Shown: positions 51,301-64,000 of the stretch, piece after piece
How positions within the stretch are numbered: position 1 is the stretch's first letter
How the letters are laid out: each line of letters begins with the position of its first letter
Source: Balanoglossus misakiensis
Lineage: Eukaryota; Animalia; Hemichordata
DNA length: 64,000 nt
NCBI GenBank assembly: GCA_040954595.2
Contig: CM082580.2
Coordinates: 1,478,783-1,542,782, forward strand
Direction: 5' to 3'
Position numbers and translations under genes: made by a program
Notes under the pieces: generated by a model
The model's database searches: none
What the model was told of the DNA's origin: nothing
What the model saw: only the letters and a program-made list of their open reading frames with translations

Positions 51301-54300
51301 CTAGACTCTGTAGATCGAGAGATAGTTCTAAAATTTCCAAGGTTGCTTCCAAACACAGTCTCGTTTGTTTACAAAAGTCTGCAGTGATGCGCAGAACACA
51401 TGATAGGCCTATGCGCATAAGAAACTGTTTCACTGTAGATCGACGGATAGTTCTAAAATTTCCATAGACTCTGTAGATCGAGAGATAGTTCTAAAATTTC
51501 CATGGTTGCTTCCAAACACAGCCTCGTTTGTTTACAAAATTCTTTTGTGATGCGCAGAACACATAGCTAGGCCTATGCGCATAAGAAAGTTTTCCACTAG
51601 ACTCTGTAGATCGACGGATAGTTCTAAAATGTCCATGGTTGATTTCAAACAGCCTTGTTTATTTACCGAATTCTGCTGTGATGCGCAGATCACATAGATA
51701 GGCCTATGTGCATAAGAAACTTTTCCACTAGACTCTGTAGATCGACGGATAGTTCTAAAATTTCCATGGTTGCATCCAAACAGCCTCGTTTATTTACCGA
51801 TTTCTGTTGTGAGGCGCAGAACACGTGATAGGCCTATGCGCATAAGAAAGTTTTTTACTAGACTCTGCAGATCGACGGATAGTTCTAAAATTTCCATGGT
51901 TGCTTCCAAACACAGCCTCGTTTATTTCCAAATTCTGTTGTAATGCGCAGAACACATAGATAGGCCTATGCGCATAAGAACGTTTTCCACTAGACTCTAT
52001 AGATCGACGGATAGTTCTAAAATTTCCATGGTTGCTTCCAAACACAGCCTCGTTTGTTTACAAAATTCTGCAGTGATGCGCAGAACACATGATAGGCCTA
52101 TGCGCATAAGAAACTTTTTCACTGTAGATCGACGGATAGTTCTAAAATTTCCATGGTTGATTCCAAACACAACCTCGTTTGTTTACAAAATTCTGTTGTA
52201 ATGCGCAGAACACATAGCTAGGCCTATGCGCATAAGAAAGTTTTCCACTAGACTCTGTAGATCGAGAGATAGTTCTAAAATATACATGGTTGCCTCAAAA
52301 CACAGCCTCGTTTGTTTACAAAATTCTGTTGTGATGCGCAGAACACATAGATAGGCCTATGCGCATAAGAACGTTTTCCACTAGACCTTTTAGATCGACG
52401 GATAGTTCTAAAATTTCCATGGTTGTTTCCAAACAGCCTCGTTTATTTACCGATTTCTGTTGTGAGGCTCTGAACACATAGATAGGCCTATGCGCATAAA
52501 AAAGTTTTCCACTAGACGCTGAAGGTCGACGGATAGTTCTAAAATTTCCATGGTTGCTTCCAAACAGCCTCGTTTATTTACCGATTTCTGTTGTGAGGCG
52601 CAGAACACATGATAGGCCCATGCGCATAAGAAATTTTTCCACTAGACTCTGTAGATCGACGGATAGTTCTAAAATGTCCATGGTTGCTTCCAAACAAAGC
52701 CTCGTTTGTTTACAAAATTCTGTTGTGATGCGCAGAACACATATATAGGCCTATGCGCATATGAACGTTTCCCACTATACTCTGTAGATCGAGAGATAGT
52801 TCTAAAATTTCCATGTTTGCTTCCAAACAGCCTCGTTTATTTACGGAATTCTGTTTTGAGGCGCAGAACACATAGATAGGCATATGTGCATAAGAAAGTT
52901 TTCCACTATAGACTCTGTAGATCGAGAGATAGTTCTAAAATTTCCATGGTTGCTTCCAAACACAGCCTCGTTTGTTTACAAAATTCTGTTGTGATGCGCA
53001 GAACACATATATAGGCCTATGCGCATAAGAACGTTTTCCACTAGACTCTGTAGATCGACGGATAGCTGTAAAATTTCCATGGTTGCTTCCAAACTGCCTC
53101 GTTTATTTACCGATTTCTGTTGTGAGGCGCAGAACACATGATAGGCCTATGCGCATAAGACATTTTTCCACTAGACTCTGTAGATCGACGGATAGTTCTA
53201 AAATTTCCATGGTTGCTTCCAAACAGCCTCGTTTATTTACCGAATTCTGTTGTGAGGCGCAGAACACGTAATAGACCTATGCGCATTAGAAAGTTTTCCA
53301 CAAGACTCTGTAGATCGACGGATAGATGTAAAATGTCCACGGTTGCTTCCAAATACAGCCTCGTTTATTTACCGATTTCTGTTGTGATGCGCATAACACA
53401 TATATAGGCCTATGCGCAAAAGAACGTTTTCCACTAGACTCTGTAGATCGACAGATAGCTGTAAAATTTCCATGTTTGCTTCCAAACAGCCTCGTTTATT
53501 TACGGAATTCTGTTGTGAGGCGCAGAACACGTAATAGGCCTATGCGCATTAGAAAGTTTTCCACAGGACTCTGTAGATCGACGGATAGTTGTAAAATGTC
53601 CATGGTTGCTTCCAAATACAGCCTCGTTTATTTACCGATTTCTGTTGTGATGCGCATAACATATATATAGGCCTATGCGCAAAAGAACGTTTTCCACTAG
53701 ACTCTGTAGATCGACGGATAGCTGTAAAATTTCCATGTTTGCTTGCAAACAGCCTTGTTTATTTACGGAATTCTGTTTTGAGGCGCAGAACACATGATAG
53801 GCCTATGCGCATACGACATTTTTCCACTAGACTCTGTAGATCGACGGATAGTTGTAAAATTTCCATGGTTGCTTCCAAACAACCTCGTTTGTTTACCGAA
53901 TTCTGTTGTGATGCGCAGAACACATATATAGGCCTATGCGTATAAGAACGTTTTCCACTAGACTCTGTAGATCGACGGATAGTTGTAAAATGTTCATGGT
54001 TGCTTCCAAATACAGCCTCGTTTATTTACCGATTTCTGTTGTGATGCGCATAACACATAGATAGGCCTATGCGCATTATAACGTTTTCCACTAGACTCTG
54101 TAGATCGACGGATAGTTGTAAAATTTCCATGGTTGCTTCCAAACAGCCTCGTTTATTTACCGAATTCTGTTGTTAGGCGCAGAACACGTTATAGGCCTAT
54201 GCGCATAAGAAAGTTTTCCACCAGACTCTGTAGATCGACGGATTTTTGTAAAATTTCCATGGTTGCTTCCAAACAGCCTCGTTTATTTACCGAATTCTGT

Positions 54301-57300
54301 TGTTAGGCGCAGAACACGTTATAGGCCTATGCGCATAAGAAAGTTTTCCACCAGACTCTGTAGATGGACTGATAGTTGTAAAATTTCCATGGTTGCTTCC
54401 AAACAGCCTCGTTTATTTACTGATTTCTGTTGTGAGGCGCAGAACACATGATAGGCCAATGCGCATAAGACATTTTTCCACTAGACTCTGTAGATCGACG
54501 GATAGTTGTAAAATTTCCATGGTTGCTTCCAAACAGCCTCGTTTATTTACCGAATTCTGTTGTGAGGCGCAGAACACATAGATAGGCATATGTGCATAAG
54601 AAAGTTTTCCACTATAGACTCTGTAGATCGAGAGATAGTTCTAAAATGTCCATGGTTGCTACCAAACACAGCCTCGTTTGTTTACAAAATTCTGTTGTGA
54701 TGCGCAGAACACATAGATAGGCCTATGCGCATATGAACGTTTTCCACCATACACTGTAGATCGAGAGATAGTTCTAAAACTTCCATGTTTGCTTCCAAAC
54801 AGCCTCGTTTATTTGCGGAATTCTGTTTTGAGGCGCAGAACACATAGATAGGCATATGTGAATAAGAAAGTTTTCCACTATAGACTCTGTAGATCGAGAG
54901 ATAGTTGTAAAATTTCCATGGTTGCTTCCAAACAGCCTCGTTTATTTACCGATTTCTGTTGTGAGGCGCAGAACACATAGATAGGCCTATGCGCATAAAA
55001 AACTTTTCAACTTTAGATCAACGGATAGTTCTAAAATTTCCATGGTTGTTTCCAAACAGCCTCGTTTATTTACCGAATTCTGTTGTGATGCGTAGAACAC
55101 ATACATATGCCTATGCGCATAAGAAAGTTTTCCACTAGACTCCGTAGATCGACGAATAGTTCTAAAATGTCCATGGTTGCTTCCAAACAAAGCCTGGTTT
55201 GTTTACAAAATTCTGTTGTGATGCGCAGAACACATAGATAGGCCTATGCGCATATGAACGTTTTCCACTATACTCTGTAGATCGAGAGATAGTTCTAAAA
55301 TTTCCATGTTTGCTTCCAAACAGCCTCGTTTATTTACGGAATTCTGTTTTGAGGCGCAGAACACATAGATAGGCATATGTGCATAAGAAAGTTTTCCACT
55401 ATAGACTCTGTAGATCGAGAGATAGTTCTAAAATGTCCATGGTTGCTTCCAAACACAGCCTCGTTTGTTTACAAAATTCTGTTGTGATGCGCAGAACACA
55501 TATATAGGCCTATGCGCATAATAACGTTTTCCACTAGACTCTGTAGATCGACGGATAGTTGTAAAATTTCCATGGTTGCTTCCAAACAGCCTCGTTTATT
55601 TACCGAATTCTGTTGTAAGGCACAGAACACATAGATAGGCCTATGTGCATAAGAAAGTTTTCCACTATAGACTCTGTAGATCGAGAGATAGTTCTAAAAT
55701 GTCCATGGTTGCTTCCAAACACAGCCTCGTTTGTTTACAAAATTCTGTTGTGATGCGCAGAACACATATATAGGCCTATGCGCATAATAACGTTTTCCAC
55801 TAGACTCTGTAGATCGACGGATAGTTGTAAAATTTCCATGGTTGCTTCCAAACAGCCTCGTTTATTTACCGAATTCTGTTGTGAGGCGCAGAACACATAG
55901 ATAGGCATATGTGCATAAGAAAGTTTTCCACTATAGACTCTGTAGATCGAGAGATAGTTCTAAAATGTCCATGGTTGCTACCAAACACAGCCTCGTTTGT
56001 TTACAAAATTCTGTTGTGATGCGCAGAACACATATATAGGCCTATGCGCATAAGAACGTTAGCACTAGACTCTGTAGATCGACGGATAGTTGTAAAATTT
56101 CCATGGTTGCTTCCAAACAGCCTCGTTTATTTACTGATTTCTGTTGTGAGGCGCAGAACACATGATAGGCCAAAGCGCATAAGACATTTTTCCACTAGAC
56201 TCTGTAGATCGACGGATAGTTGTAAAATTTCCATGGTTGCTTCCAAACAACCTCGTTTGTTTACGAATTCTGTTGTGATGCGCAGAACACATATATAGGC
56301 CTATGCGCATAAGAACGTTTTCCACTAGACTCTGTAGATCGAGAGATAGTTCTAAAATTTCCATGGTTGCTTCCAAACAGCCTCGTTTATTTACCGAATT
56401 CTGTTGTGAGACGCAGAACACGTAATAGGCCTATGCGCATAAGAAAGTTTTCCACCAGACTCCGTAGATCGACGGATAGTTGTAAAATTTCCATGGTTGC
56501 TTCCAAACAGCCTCGTTTATTTACGGAATTCTGTTGTGAGGCGCAGAACACGTAATAGGCCTATGCGCATTAGAAAGTTTTCCACAGGACTCTGTAGATC
56601 GACGGATAGTTGTAAAATGTCCATGGTTGCTTCCAAATACAGCCTCGTTTATTTACCGATTTCTGTTGTGATGCGCATAACATATATTTAGGCCTATGCG
56701 CAAAAGAACGTTTTCCACTAGACTCTGTAGATCGACGGATAGCTGTAAAATTTCCATGTTTGCTTGCAAACAGCCTTGTTTATTTACGGAATTCTGTTTT
56801 GAGGCGCAGAACACATGATAGGCCTATGCGCATACGACATTTTTCCACTAGACTCTGTAGATCGACGGATAGTTGTAAAATTTCCATGGTTGCTTCCAAA
56901 CAACCTCGTTTGTTTACCGAATTCTGTTGTGATGCGCAGAACACATATATAGGCCTATGCGCATAAGAACGTTTTCCACTAGACTCTGTAGATCGACGGA
57001 TAGTTGTAAAATGTTCATGGTTGCTTCCAAATACAGCCTCGTTTATTTACCGATTTCTGTTGTGATGCGCATAACACATAGATAGGCCTATGCGCATTAT
57101 AACGTTTTCCACTAGACTCTGTAGATCGACGGATAGTTGTAAAATTTCCATGGTTGCTTCCAAACAGCCTCGTTTATTTACCGAATTCTGTTGTTAGGCG
57201 CAGAACACGTTATAGGCCTATGCGCATAAGAAAGTTTTCCACCAGACTCTGTAGATCGACGGATTTTTGTAAAATTTCCATGGTTGCTTCCAAACAGCCT

Positions 57301-60300
57301 CGTTTATTTACCGAATTCTGTTGTTAGGCGCAGAACACGTTATAGGCCTATGCGCATAAGAAAGTTTTCCACCAGACTCTGTAGATGTACTGATAGTTGT
57401 AAAATTTCCATGGTTGCTTCCAAACAGCCTCGTTTATTTACTGATTTCTGTTGTGAGGCGCAGAACACATGATAGGCCAATGCGCATAAGACATTTTTCC
57501 ACTAGACTCTGTAGATCGACGGATAGTTGTAAAATTCCCATGGTTGCTTCCAAACAACCTCGTTTGTTTACGAATTCTGTTGTGATGCGCAGAACACATA
57601 TATAGGGCTATGCGCATAAGAAAGTTTTCCACCAGACTCCGTAGATCGACGGATAGTTGTAAAATTTCCATGGTTGCTTCCAAACAGCCTCGTTTATTTA
57701 CCGAATTCTGTTGTGAGGCGCAGAACACATAGATAGGCATATGTGCATAAGAAAGTTTTCCACTATAGACTCTGTAGATCGAGAGATAGTTCTAAAATGT
57801 CCATGGTTGCTACCAAACACAGCCTCGTTTGTTTACAAAATTCTGTTGTGATGCGCAGAACACATAGATAGGCCTATGCGCATATGAACGTTTTCCACCA
57901 TACACTGTAGATCGAGAGATAGTTCTAAAACTTCCATGTTTGCTTCCAAACAGCCTCGTTTATTTGCGGAATTCTGTTTTGAGGCGCAGAACACATAGAT
58001 AGGCATATGTGAATAAGAAAGTTTTCCACTATAGACTCTGTAGATCGAGAGATAGTTGTAAAATTTCCATGGTTGCTTCCAAACAGCCTCGTTTATTTAC
58101 CGATTTCTGTTGTGAGGCGCAGAACACATAGGTAGGCCTATGCGCATAAAAAACTTTTCAACTTTAGATCAACGGATAGTTCTAAAATTTCCATGGTTGT
58201 TTCCAAACAGCCTCGTTTATTTACCGAATTCTGTTGTGATGCGTAGAACACATACATATGCCTATGCGCATAAGAAAGTTTTCCACTAGACTCCGTAGAT
58301 CGACGAATAGTTCTAAAATGTCCATGGTTGCTTCCAAACAAAGCCTGGTTTGTTTACAAAATTCTGTTGTGATGCGCAGAACACATAGATAGGCCTATGC
58401 GCATATGAACGTTTTCCACTATACTCTGTAGATCGAGAGATAGTTCTAAAATTTCCATGTTTGCTTCCAAACAGCCTCGTTTATTTACGGAATTCTGTTT
58501 TGAGGCGCAGAACACATAGATAGGCATATGTGCATAAGAAAGTTTTCCACTATAGACTCTGTAGATCGAGAGATAGTTCTAAAATGTCCATGGTTGCTTC
58601 CAAACACAGCCTCGTTTGTTTACAAAATTCTGTTGTGATGCGCAGAACACATATATAGGCCTATGCGCATAATAACGTTTTCCACTAGACTCTGTAGATC
58701 GACGGATAGTTGTAAAATTTCCATGGTTGCTTCCAAACAGCCTCGTTTATTTACCGAATTCTGTTGTAAGGCACAGAACACATAGATAGGCCTATGTGCA
58801 TAAGAAAGTTTTCCACTATAGACTCTGTAGATCGAGAGATAGTTCTAAAATGTCCATGGTTGCTTCCAAACACAGCCTCGTTTGTTTACAAAATTCTGTT
58901 GTGATGCGCAGAACACATATATAGGCCTATGCGCATAATAACGTTTTCCACTAGACTCTGTAGATCGACGGATAGTTGTAAAATTTCCATGGTTGCTTCC
59001 AAACAGCCTCGTTTATTTACCGAATTCTGTTGTGAGGCGCAGAACACATAGATAGGCATATGTGCATAAGAAAGTTTTCCACTATAGACTCTGTAGATCG
59101 AGAGATAGTTCTAAAATGTCCATGGTTGCTACCAAACACAGCCTCGTTTGTTTACAAAATTCTGTTGTGATGCGCAGAACACATATATAGGCCTATGCGC
59201 ATAAGAACGTTTCCACTAGACTCTGTAGATCGACGGATAGTTGTAAAATTTCCATGGTTGCTTCCAAACAGCCTCGTTTATTTACTGATTTCTGTTGTGA
59301 GGCGCAGAACACATGATAGGCCAATGCGCATAAGACATTTTTCCACTAGACTCTGTAGATCGACGGATAGTTGTAAAATTTCCATGGTTGCTTCCAAACA
59401 ACCTCGTTTGTTTACGAATTCTGTTGTGATGCGCAGAACACATATATAGGCCTATGCGCATAAGAACGTTTTCCACTAGACTCTGTAGATCGAGAGATAG
59501 TTCTAAAATTTCCATGGTTGCTTCCAAACAGCCTCGTTTATTTACCGAATTCTGTTGTGAGACGCAGAACACGTAATAGGCCTATGCGCATAAGAAAGTT
59601 TTCCACCAGACTCCGTAGATCGACGGATAGTTGTAAAATTTCCATGGTTGCTTCCAAACAGCCTCGTTTATTTACCGAATTCTGTTGTGAGGCGCAGAAC
59701 ACATAGATAGGCCTATGTGCATAAGAAAGTTTTCCACTATAGACTCTGTAGATCGAGAGATAGTTCTAAAATGTCCATGGTTGCTACCAAACACAGCCTC
59801 GTTTGTTTACAAAATTCTGTTGTGATGCGCAGAACACATAGATAGGCCTATGCGCATATGAACGTTTTCCACTATACACTGTAGATCGAGAGATAGTTCT
59901 AAAACTTCCATGTTTGCTTCCAAACAGCCTCGTTTATTTGCGGAATTCTGTTTTGAGGCGCAGAACACATAGATAGGCATATGTGAATAAGAAAGTTTTC
60001 CACTATAGACTCTGTAGATCGAGAGATAGTTGTAAAATTTCCATGGTTGCTTCCAAACAGCCTCGTTTATTTACCGATTTCTGTTGTGAGGCGCAGAACA
60101 CATAGATAGGCCTATGCGCATAAAAAACTTTTCAACTTTAGATCAACGGATAGTTCTAAAATTTCCATGGTTGCTTCCAAACACAGCCTCGTTTGTTTAC
60201 AAAATTCTGTTGTGATGCGCAGAACACATATATAGGCCTATGCGCATAAGAACGTTTTCCACTAGACTCTGTATATCCACGGATAGCTGTAAAATTGCCA

Positions 60301-63300
60301 TGTTTGCTTCCAAACAGCCTCGTTTATTTACGGAATTCTGTTTTTAGGCGCAGAACACATAGATAGGCATATGTGCATAAGAAAGTTTTCCACTATATAC
60401 TCTGTAGATCGAGAGATAGTTCTAAAATGTCCATGGTTGCTTCCAAACACAGCCTCGTTTGTTTACAAAATTCTGTTGTGATGCGCAGAACACATATATA
60501 GGCCTATGCGCAAAAGAACGTTTTCCACTAGACTCTGTAGATCGACGGATAGCTGTAAAATTTCCATGGTTGCTTCCAAACTGCCTCGTTTATTTACCGA
60601 TTTCTGTTGTGAGGCGCAGAACACATGATAGGCCTATGCGCATAAGACATTTTTCCACTAGACTCTGTAGATCGACGGATAGTTCTAAAATTTCCATGGT
60701 TGCTACCAAACAGCCTCGTTTATTTACGGAATTCTGTTTTTAGGCGCAGAACACATAGATAGGCATATGTGCATAAGAAAGTTTTCCACTATAGACTCTG
60801 TAGATCGAGAGATAGTTCTAAAATGTCCATGGTTGCTTCCAAACACAGCCTCGTTTGTTTACAAAATTCTGTTGTGATGCGCAGAACACATATATAGGCC
60901 TATGCGCAAAAGAACGTTTTCCACTAGACTCTGTAGATCGACGGATAGCTGTAAAATTTCCATGTTTGCTTGCAAACAGCCTCGTTTATTTACGGAATTC
61001 TGTTTTGAGGCGCAGAACACATGATAGGCCTATGCGCATAAGACATTTTTCCACTAGACTCTGTAGATCGACGGATAGTTCTAAAATTTCCATGGTTGCT
61101 TCCAAACAGCCTCGTTTATTTACGGAATTCTGTTGTGAGGCGCAGAACACGTAATAGGCCTATGCGCATTAGAAAGTTTTCCTCAAGACTCTGTAGATCG
61201 ACGGATAGTTGTAAAATGTCCATGGTTGCTTCCAAATACAGCCTCGTTTATTTACCGATTTCTGTTGTGATGCGCATAACACATATATAGGCCTATGCGC
61301 AAAAGAACGTTTTCCACTAGACTCTGTAGATCGACGGATAGCTGTAAAATTTCAATGTTTGCTTGCAAACAGCCTCGTTTATTTACGGAATTCTGTTTTG
61401 AGGCGCAGAACACATGATAGGCCTATGCGCATACGACATTTTTCCACTAGACTCTGTAGATCGACGGATAGTTGTAAAATGTCCATGGTTGCTTCCAAAC
61501 AACCTCGTTTGTTTACCGAATTCTGTTGTGATGCGCAGAACACATATATAGGCCTATGCGCATAAGAACGTTTTCCACTAGACTCTGTAGATCGACGGAT
61601 AGTTGTAAAATGTTCATGGTTGCTTCCAAATACAGCCTCGTTTATTTACCGATTTCTGTTGTGATGCGCATAACACATAGATAGGCCTATGCGCATTATA
61701 ACGTTTTCCACTAGACTCTGTAGATCGACGGATAGTTGTAAAATTTCCATGGTTGCTTCCAAACAGCCTCGTTTATTTACCGAATTCTGTTGTTTGGCGC
61801 AGAACACGTTATAGGCCTATGCGCATAAGAAAGTTTTCCACCAGACTCTGTAGATCGACGGATAGTTGTAAAATTTCCATGGTTGCTTCCAAACAGCCTC
61901 GTTTATTTACCGAATTCTGTTGTTAGGCGCAGAACACGTTATAGGCCTATGCGCATAAGAAAGTTTTCCACCAGACTCTGTAGATGGACTGATAGTTCTA
62001 AAATTTCCATGGTTGCTTCCAAACAGCCTCGTTTATTTACTGATTTCTGTTGTGAGGCGCAGAACACATGATAGGCCAATGCGCATAAGACATTTTTCCA
62101 CTAGACTCTGTAGATCGACGGATAGTTGTAAAATTTCCATGGTTGCTTCCAAACAACCTCGTTTGTTTACGAATTCTGTTGTGATGCGCAGAACACATAT
62201 ATAGGGCTATGCGCATAAGAAAGTTTTCCACCAGACTCCGTAGATCGACGGATAGTTGTAAAATTTCCATGGTTGCTTCCAAACAGCCTCGTTTATTTAC
62301 CGAATTCTGTTGTGAGGCGCAGAACACATAGATAGGCATATGTGCATAAGAAAGTTTTCCACTATAGACTCTGTAGATCGAGAGATAGTTCTAAAATGTC
62401 CATGGTTGCTACCAAACACAGCCTCGTTTGTTTACAAAATTCTGTTGTGATGCGCAGAACACATAGATAGGCCTATGCGCATATGAACGTTTTCCACCAT
62501 ACACTGTAGATCGAGAGATAGTTCTAAAACTTCCATGTTTGCTTCCAAACAGCCTCGTTTATTTGCGGAATTCTGTTGTGATGCGCAGAACACATATATA
62601 GGCCTATGCGCATAATAACGTTTTCCACTAGACTCTGTACATCGACGGATAGTTGTAAAATTTCCATGGTTGCTTCCAAACAGCCTCGTTTATTTACCGA
62701 ATTCTGTTGTAAGGCACAGAACACATAGATAGGCCTATGTGCATAAGAAAGTTTTCCACTATAGACTCTGTAGATCGAGAGATAGTTCTAAAATGTCGAT
62801 GGTTGCTTCCAAACACAGCCTCGTTTGTTTACAAAATTCTGTTGTGATGCGCAGAACACATATATAGGCCTATGCGCATAATAACGTTTTCCACTAGACT
62901 CTGTAGATCGACGGATAGTTGTAAAATTTCCATGGTTGCTTCCAAACAGCCTCGTTTATTTACCGAATTCTGTTGTGAGGCGCAGAACACATAGATAGGC
63001 ATATGTGCATAAGAAAGTTTTCCACTATAGACTCTGTAGATCGAGAGATCGTTCTAAAATGTCCATGGTTGCTACCAAACACAGCCTCGTTTGTTTACAA
63101 AATTCTGTTGTGATGCGCAGAACACATATATAGGCCTATGCGCATAAGAACGTTTCCACTAGACTCTGTAGATCGACGGATAGTTGTAAAATTTCCATGG
63201 TTGCTTCCAAACAGCCTCGTTTATTTACCGAATTCTGTTGTTAGGCGCAGAACACGTTATAGGCCTATGCGCATAAGAAAGTTTTCCACCAGACTCTGTA

Positions 63301-64000
63301 GATGGACTGATAGTTGTAAAATTTCCATGGTTGCTTCCAAACAGCCTCGTTTATTTACTGATTTCTGTTGTGAGGCGCAGAACACATGATAGGCCAATGC
63401 GCATAAGACATTTTTCCACTAGACTCTGTAGATCGACGGATAGTTGTAAAATTTCCATGGTTGCTTCCAAACAACCTCGTTTGTTTACGAATTCTGTTGT
63501 GATGCGCAGAACACATATATAGGCCTATGCGCATAAGAACGTTTTCCACTAGACTCTGTAGATCGAGAGATAGTTCTAAAATTTCCATGGTTGCTTCCAA
63601 ACAGCCTCGTTTATTTACCGAATTCTGTTGTGAGACGCAGAACACGTAATAGGCCTATGCGCATAAGAAAGTTTTCCACCAGACTCCGTAGATCGACGGA
63701 TAGTTGTAAAATTTCCATGGTTGCTTCCAAACAGCCTCGTTTATTTACCGAATTCTGTTGTGAGGCGCAGAACACATAGATAGGCATATGTGCATAAGAA
63801 AGTTTTCCACTATAGACTCTGTAGATCGAGAGATAGTTCTAAAATGTCCATTGCTGCTACCAAACACAGCCTCGTTTGTTTACAAAATTCTGTTGTGATG
63901 CGCAGAACACATATATAGGCCTATGCGCATATGAACGTTTTCCACTATACACTGTAGATCGAGAGATAGTTCTAAAACTTCCATGTTTGCTTCCAAACAG
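48380..64000 (+). repeat. ~130-134-bp satellite DNA array with higher-order repeats (roughly 120 monomers, open at the right edge)
   Basis: Monomer GCGCAGAACACAT(A)GATAGGCCTATGCGCATAAGAAAGTTTTCCACTAGACTCTGTAGATCGACGGATAGTTCTAAAATTTCCATGGTTGCTTCCAAACAGCCTCGTTTATTTACCGAATTCTGTTGTGAG; near-identical spurious ORFs recur at offsets of 1435, 3021, 3151 and 4599 bp. Confidence 0.98.

Noticed and set aside
48291-63779. Dozens of similar ORFs (MLPNSLVY..., MRIRKFSTRLCRS...) as a tandem gene family
   Set aside because: They are translations of the satellite monomer in several frames and on both strands, broken by 1-2-bp indels.
48380-64000. CENP-B box, tRNA or 5S rRNA identity of the 130-bp monomer
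   Set aside because: TTTGGAAGC on the minus strand lacks the TTCG and CGGG core positions of the CENP-B box; no A/B boxes, cloverleaf or 5S similarity are visible.

Overview
AT-rich, repeat-dominated eukaryotic DNA, most likely from an invertebrate animal (spliceosomal introns, cbEGF exons, MED25-like exons; the organism cannot be determined from this window). From left to right: (1) 1-7.5 kb, a compound macrosatellite of ~0.9-kb units in which a 116-bp monomer is alternately single-copy or amplified (>=16, 1, 5, 1, 9 copies); (2) 7.5-17 kb, decayed MITE/HINE-like repeats; (3) ~17-41 kb, a minus-strand degenerate spliced locus whose exons read MED25-VWA-like, P/Q/S-rich, four calcium-binding EGF exons, then Q-rich coiled coil with an LxxLL box; (4) inside one of its introns, an ~11-kb decayed Academ (AcademX-type) DNA transposon with transposase, XPG-like nuclease and Cys-rich motifs plus an OTU-protease-like insert, itself hit by a TTAA MITE, a 5'-truncated L1/Tx1-like LINE and an L2-like fragment; (5) 41.3-43.7 kb, a TIR element carrying a spliced BEN-domain-like gene; (6) a foldback element at 45.2-46.8 kb; (7) 48.4-64 kb, a ~130-bp satellite with higher-order repeats running off the window. 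No intact protein-coding gene, rRNA, tRNA or CRISPR array is supported. All family assignments come from motif recognition by eye, not from database searches.
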